A stretch of DNA of 64,000 nt from Myxococcales bacterium (GTDB lineage: Bacteria; Myxococcota_A; Polyangia; Polyangiales; DASUME01), in contig JASGJH010000001.1 in assembly GCA_047601445.1 (NCBI GenBank), positions 9,312,001 to 9,376,000 on the forward strand, in the 5' to 3' direction. Under the pieces are notes generated by a model, which saw nothing but the letters and a program-made list of their open reading frames with translations, searched no databases and was not told where the DNA came from. Position 1 is the stretch's first letter; the number at the start of each line of letters is the position of its first letter. Both the position numbers and the translations under genes were made by a program. Positions 60,268-64,000 of this stretch are shown piece after piece.

Positions 60268-61842
60268 ATGCGCGCACCGCATTCGAGCAAGCGACGCTCT
60301 TTTCTCACCTCGCTGGCCGCCGGTCTCGGACTCGCGCCGTGGTCCCAGGTCGCCGGCGCGCTCGACTCGAGCGCGGGGACGGCCACGCCCCGACGCAAGC
60401 TCACGCTGCCACGGCGCAAGGGCCACACGCCGCGCAACGTCATCCTCGTGATCACGGACGACCAACGCTACGACGCCCTCGGTTTCATGAAGGCTCAGAG
60501 CTTTCTGGAGACGCCCCATCTCGACGCCCTCGCCGCGCGCGGCGTGCACTTCGAGAACGCCTTCGTCAGCACCGCGCTGTGCTCGCCGTCGCGCGCCACC
60601 ATCTTGACCGGGTTGTACGCCCATCAGCACCGCGTGGTGGACAACAACCATCCGGTCGCGCCCGAACTGGTGTTCTTTCCCGAGTACCTCAAGCGCGCGG
60701 GATACGAGACCGCCCTCGTGGGCAAGTGGCACATGGGAGGCGAGAGCGACGCGCCGCAACGGGGGTTCGACCACTGGGTCAGCTTCCGCGGGCAGGGGTC
60801 CTACGTGCCCACGTCCGATGGACTGAACATCGATGGACAACGGGTCCCTCAGCGCGGCTACATCACCGACGAGCTCACCGAGTACGCCCTGGACTGGCTC
60901 GGCAAGCGCCAGGGCAAGCGTCCCTTCTTCCTCATGCTCGCGCACAAGGCCGTGCACTCCAAGCTGGTGCCCGCGCCGCGTCACCAGGGGCGCTACGCGA
61001 ATGCGAGCTTTCGCCCGCCCCGCAGCATGTCGCCGAGTCCGTCCCAACAGGCGCTGCAGCCGCTGTGGGTCAAGAACCAGCGCAACAGTGTGCACGGAGT
61101 CGAGTTTCCGTATCAGGATCCTCAGGGCAAACTCGCGGCCTATTTCCAGCGCTATGCGGAGACGCTGCTCTCGGTGGACGAGAGCGTCGGCGCCCTGGTG
61201 GACCACCTGCGCGCACGTCAGCTGCTGGACTCCACCGTGATCCTCTTCATGAGTGACAATGGCTTTGCCTTCGGCGAACACGGCCTCATCGACAAGCGCA
61301 CCGCCTACGAAGAGTCCATGCGCATCCCGCTCATCATGTCGTGCCCGGAGCTCTTCGAACCCGGCCGAGCGGTCTCGGCCCTGGCAGCCAACCTCGACAT
61401 CGCTCCCACCATCCTGGAGTTGGCCGGTCTCGAGCCACCCGCTCACCTCCGCGGCCGCAGCCTGGTGGGCCCGGCGCGCGGTGAGTCGGTGCCCTGGCGA
61501 GACGCGCTGCTCTACGAGTACTACTGGGAGCGGAACTACCCACAGACCCCGAGCTTGCACGCGCTGCGAAGCGACACCCACAAGTACATTCGCCCCCACG
61601 GCGTGTGGGACCTCGACGAGCTCTACGACTTGCGCAGCGACGCCGGGGAAGAGGACAACCTCATCTTCAGCCCGGGCCACGAGGCCCTGGCCGCCCAGCT
61701 CAACGCACGCTTGTTCGACCTCTTGTCCGAGACCCAGGGCCTCGACATCCCGATGAAGCCAGACACCGGCGAGCGCTACCTGCTGCGCCGCGCCGACGGC
61801 TCGGGTACCGCGGGGTTTCCGCCCCAGTTCCTCAAGCGGTGA
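60268..61842 (+). CDS. Tat-exported formylglycine sulfatase (GlcNAc-6-sulfatase-like)
   Basis: KRRSFL signal; TDDQR, CSPSRATILTG, GKWH, HKAVH, SDNG, DKR..YEES.R.P. Confidence 0.92.
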   Translation: MRAPHSSKRRSFLTSLAAGLGLAPWSQVAGALDSSAGTATPRRKLTLPRRKGHTPRNVILVITDDQRYDALGFMKAQSFLETPHLDALAARGVHFENAFVSTALCSPSRATILTGLYAHQHRVVDNNHPVAPELVFFPEYLKRAGYETALVGKWHMGGESDAPQRGFDHWVSFRGQGSYVPTSDGLNIDGQRVPQRGYITDELTEYALDWLGKRQGKRPFFLMLAHKAVHSKLVPAPRHQGRYANASFRPPRSMSPSPSQQALQPLWVKNQRNSVHGVEFPYQDPQGKLAAYFQRYAETLLSVDESVGALVDHLRARQLLDSTVILFMSDNGFAFGEHGLIDKRTAYEESMRIPLIMSCPELFEPGRAVSALAANLDIAPTILELAGLEPPAHLRGRSLVGPARGESVPWRDALLYEYYWERNYPQTPSLHALRSDTHKYIRPHGVWDLDELYDLRSDAGEEDNLIFSPGHEALAAQLNARLFDLLSETQGLDIPMKPDTGERYLLRRADGSGTAGFPPQFLKR

Positions 61843-61861
61843 GGACTGCGTACGACCTGGT

Positions 61862-64000
61862 TCATCCGCCCACGCGAATCCACGCGCGTCCCACCATGCT
61901 CATGCGCTGGTGACCGACCACCACCGCGAGCTCGTAGTCGCCGGCCGTGGCCGGTGCCGTCATGGTGACCTTCGCGGTGCGCGAGGTGGCATCGACCGCG
62001 CTCACGCTGCAGGTCCCCGAGGCTGCCGAGCACTCCACGAACTCGGGTTGGTCCGCGTCGTGCTCCTGCCAGCTTACGTCGAACTCCACCGTGGCTCCGG
62101 GGCTGATGCTGGCGGCCGCCTTGCTGGTCACCGTGACCGCGCCCGCCATGCTGTCGTAGGCTGCCAGGTACTGCTTGCCCTTCTTGTCCTGGCTCAGCAC
62201 CCAAACGCGTCGGCCATCGAGCGCGATGTCGAGCACGCTGCGATTCAACAAGCTGAGACGACCCAGCAGAACGGGCTGCGCGGGGGCTGCCACATCGAGC
62301 AGCGTCACGTCGGACGCGGGCTCACTGAAGCCGGAGAAATAGGCCACGGTGGCGCCATCCACGGCGAACCCCGTCGCGTTGACCAGCTCGAGCGAGCGTG
62401 AGCCCGTGAGCATGGGCGCCGTCGGCGTCGTCAGAATCCCACACGCCCACGCTGCCAGAGGCACCCACGCCAACCAGGATGCCGTTGCCCGCCTGCAAGT
62501 AGCTCCCGACGAAGGAGCCGACGGCCGTGGGCGCGCTCGCGTCCGAGAAGTCGATCACGCTGCTCTGACCGAAGGCCGTCGGGCTCGACGTGTACACGAG
62601 GTCGCCGTTGGCGGTCAGCTGGCCGTACATGAAAGCGGCATAGGTCGCGCGCAGCGTCGGGGCGCGCGGATTGGAGAGGTCGAACTGGCGCAGACCCATC
62701 GGCGTACCGAGGTAGAGTCGATTGGCGGAGGCAGCCATGGTCTGCCAACGATCGATCGGCAGCTCCACGAGCGGCATCAGCGAGGCGTCGAGCACCCGCA
62801 GTGTAGCGTCCTCCACCACGAAGATGTTTCCGTCGTGGACGGCGAGCTGGCGACGTGCGGCCGGCAGCGAGGCACTCCCGACCAGCTTGGGTGTGGTATC
62901 GCGCACGTCGTACACCTGCAGCGCGTTGAAGTTGGCCACGTACAGGCGTCCGTCGCTCACCAGGACATCGGACGCTCCGTACATCCCGGGTTCGAGCTCC
63001 ACCAGCGGATCGGGTGCCAGGTTGGCGGCGAAACGCGCCGACGCCACGCCACCCGCGCGCAAGGCTGCGTACGCGTGCGCGGGGCCGATCGCGAGAGCGA
63101 GGGGTTCCGCGTCGCGGCCCAGCGGTTGGGCCCAGGCCAAGGGACCGTCGAGGGCGAGCGGATCGACCGCGAGCATCCCCGCCCAATTGTCCTCGGTGGC
63201 CGCGAACATGTAGGGCGCCGTATAGCGCACGGCGCTGACGTCCCCGAGATCCACGGTTCCGAGGTTGGCGGGCGGTGTCGTCGCGAAATTCAGCGTGTAA
63301 AGCGAATGGCTCGAGCTGCAGTACGCGCGCTTGTTCGCGGCATCGAAGGAGTTGTTGGTGCACCACTGGGACATGACGCCGGCGGTCTTCGCGTTTCCAG
63401 GGTCGCTCACGTCCACGCGCTCGATGCCGCTGACGTACCGGTGCAGGTACACCATGCTGTCCTCTCCGGCAGGGACTTCCACGCCGAGCGTATCGCCGCC
63501 GCGGTAGGCCCCGAGCAGGGTGGGGTGTGCTGCATCGCTCACGTCGTAGATATGGAGCCCTTCAACGCTGGCATAGGTGGTCTTGAAGGTCGCGTAGAGG
63601 CGGTCCCCGCGCAGGTCGATGTCCGTCATCTGCAGGGGCACCGAGAGCTCACGGATCAGCTTGGGTGACGTGGGGGTCGACACGTCGATTTCGTAGGCAC
63701 CCAGGATGTCCGACGTCAGATAGAGGCGCGTGCCCGCGAGCGTGAGCTCCGAGGTCTCGCCCGGTAGCTCGAGCTTCTTCACGAGCGAGGGATTTGCCGG
63801 GTTCGAGATGTCGTGCACCTCGAGACCGTCGTACACGCTGGCATAGAGATAGTTGCCCGATACCAGGATGTCGCGCGAACCCGAGTCGATGGTGCTCACC
63901 AGCGTGGGCGTCGCTGGCGTACTCACGTCCACGATGTCGACGTTCAAGAACCGGCGCAAGTAGCAGTAGTTGCCCTGCGCGCGCACGCCTTCGGCGCGCG
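61862..64000 (-). CDS. Large LVIVD-repeat beta-propeller protein with C-terminal Ig-like domain (5' partial; +1 frameshift near 62435)
   Basis: Repeated IVDVSTPATP, VHDISNPANP, IYDVSDAAHP, QFDLSNPRAP; frames 62322..63986 and 61862..62473 join if one T is removed. Confidence 0.85.

Noticed and set aside
56885..61680. Long alternative ORFs (56885..58690, 59376..61256, 60253..61680)
   Set aside because: Overlap well-supported GH20, MFS and sulfatase genes and have no recognisable domains.

Overview
High-GC, gene-dense bacterial chromosome segment with about 58 CDS. The gene content points to Myxococcota, probably Polyangiales-like (inference): a DUF1592/DUF1552 pair, a myxobacterial ECF/anti-sigma cassette, many lipoproteins with DAG/GD-rich linkers, and a MYXO-CTERM-like protein. 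I found no rRNA, tRNA, CRISPR array, prophage or IS element. Highlights: (1) a 1301-aa nitrate-reductase-like Mo-bisPGD enzyme fused to an unknown ~400-aa domain and a C-terminal NifU/NfuA domain; (2) a stressosome operon (rsbS-rsbR-rsbT-rsbT-rsbX) with no output module, placed behind a sigma54 promoter, tandem palindromic UAS candidates and an adjacent PAS/GAF sigma54 activator; (3) a duplicated four-gene cassette, each copy pairing two Cys-motif lipoproteins of one family with a divergent LytS/LytTR system, where one kinase carries a second sensor plus a His-less pseudo-DHp; (4) readable cis-regulation: a 31-bp repeat before an ECF sigma gene and its likely target, several sigma54 promoters (two sharing an upstream motif), a LytTR-type 21-bp-period repeat, a TetR-type palindrome, and many apparently leaderless starts; (5) two single-base-duplication frameshifts, most likely sequencing errors. 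All family calls come from recognising motifs by eye; no searches were run.
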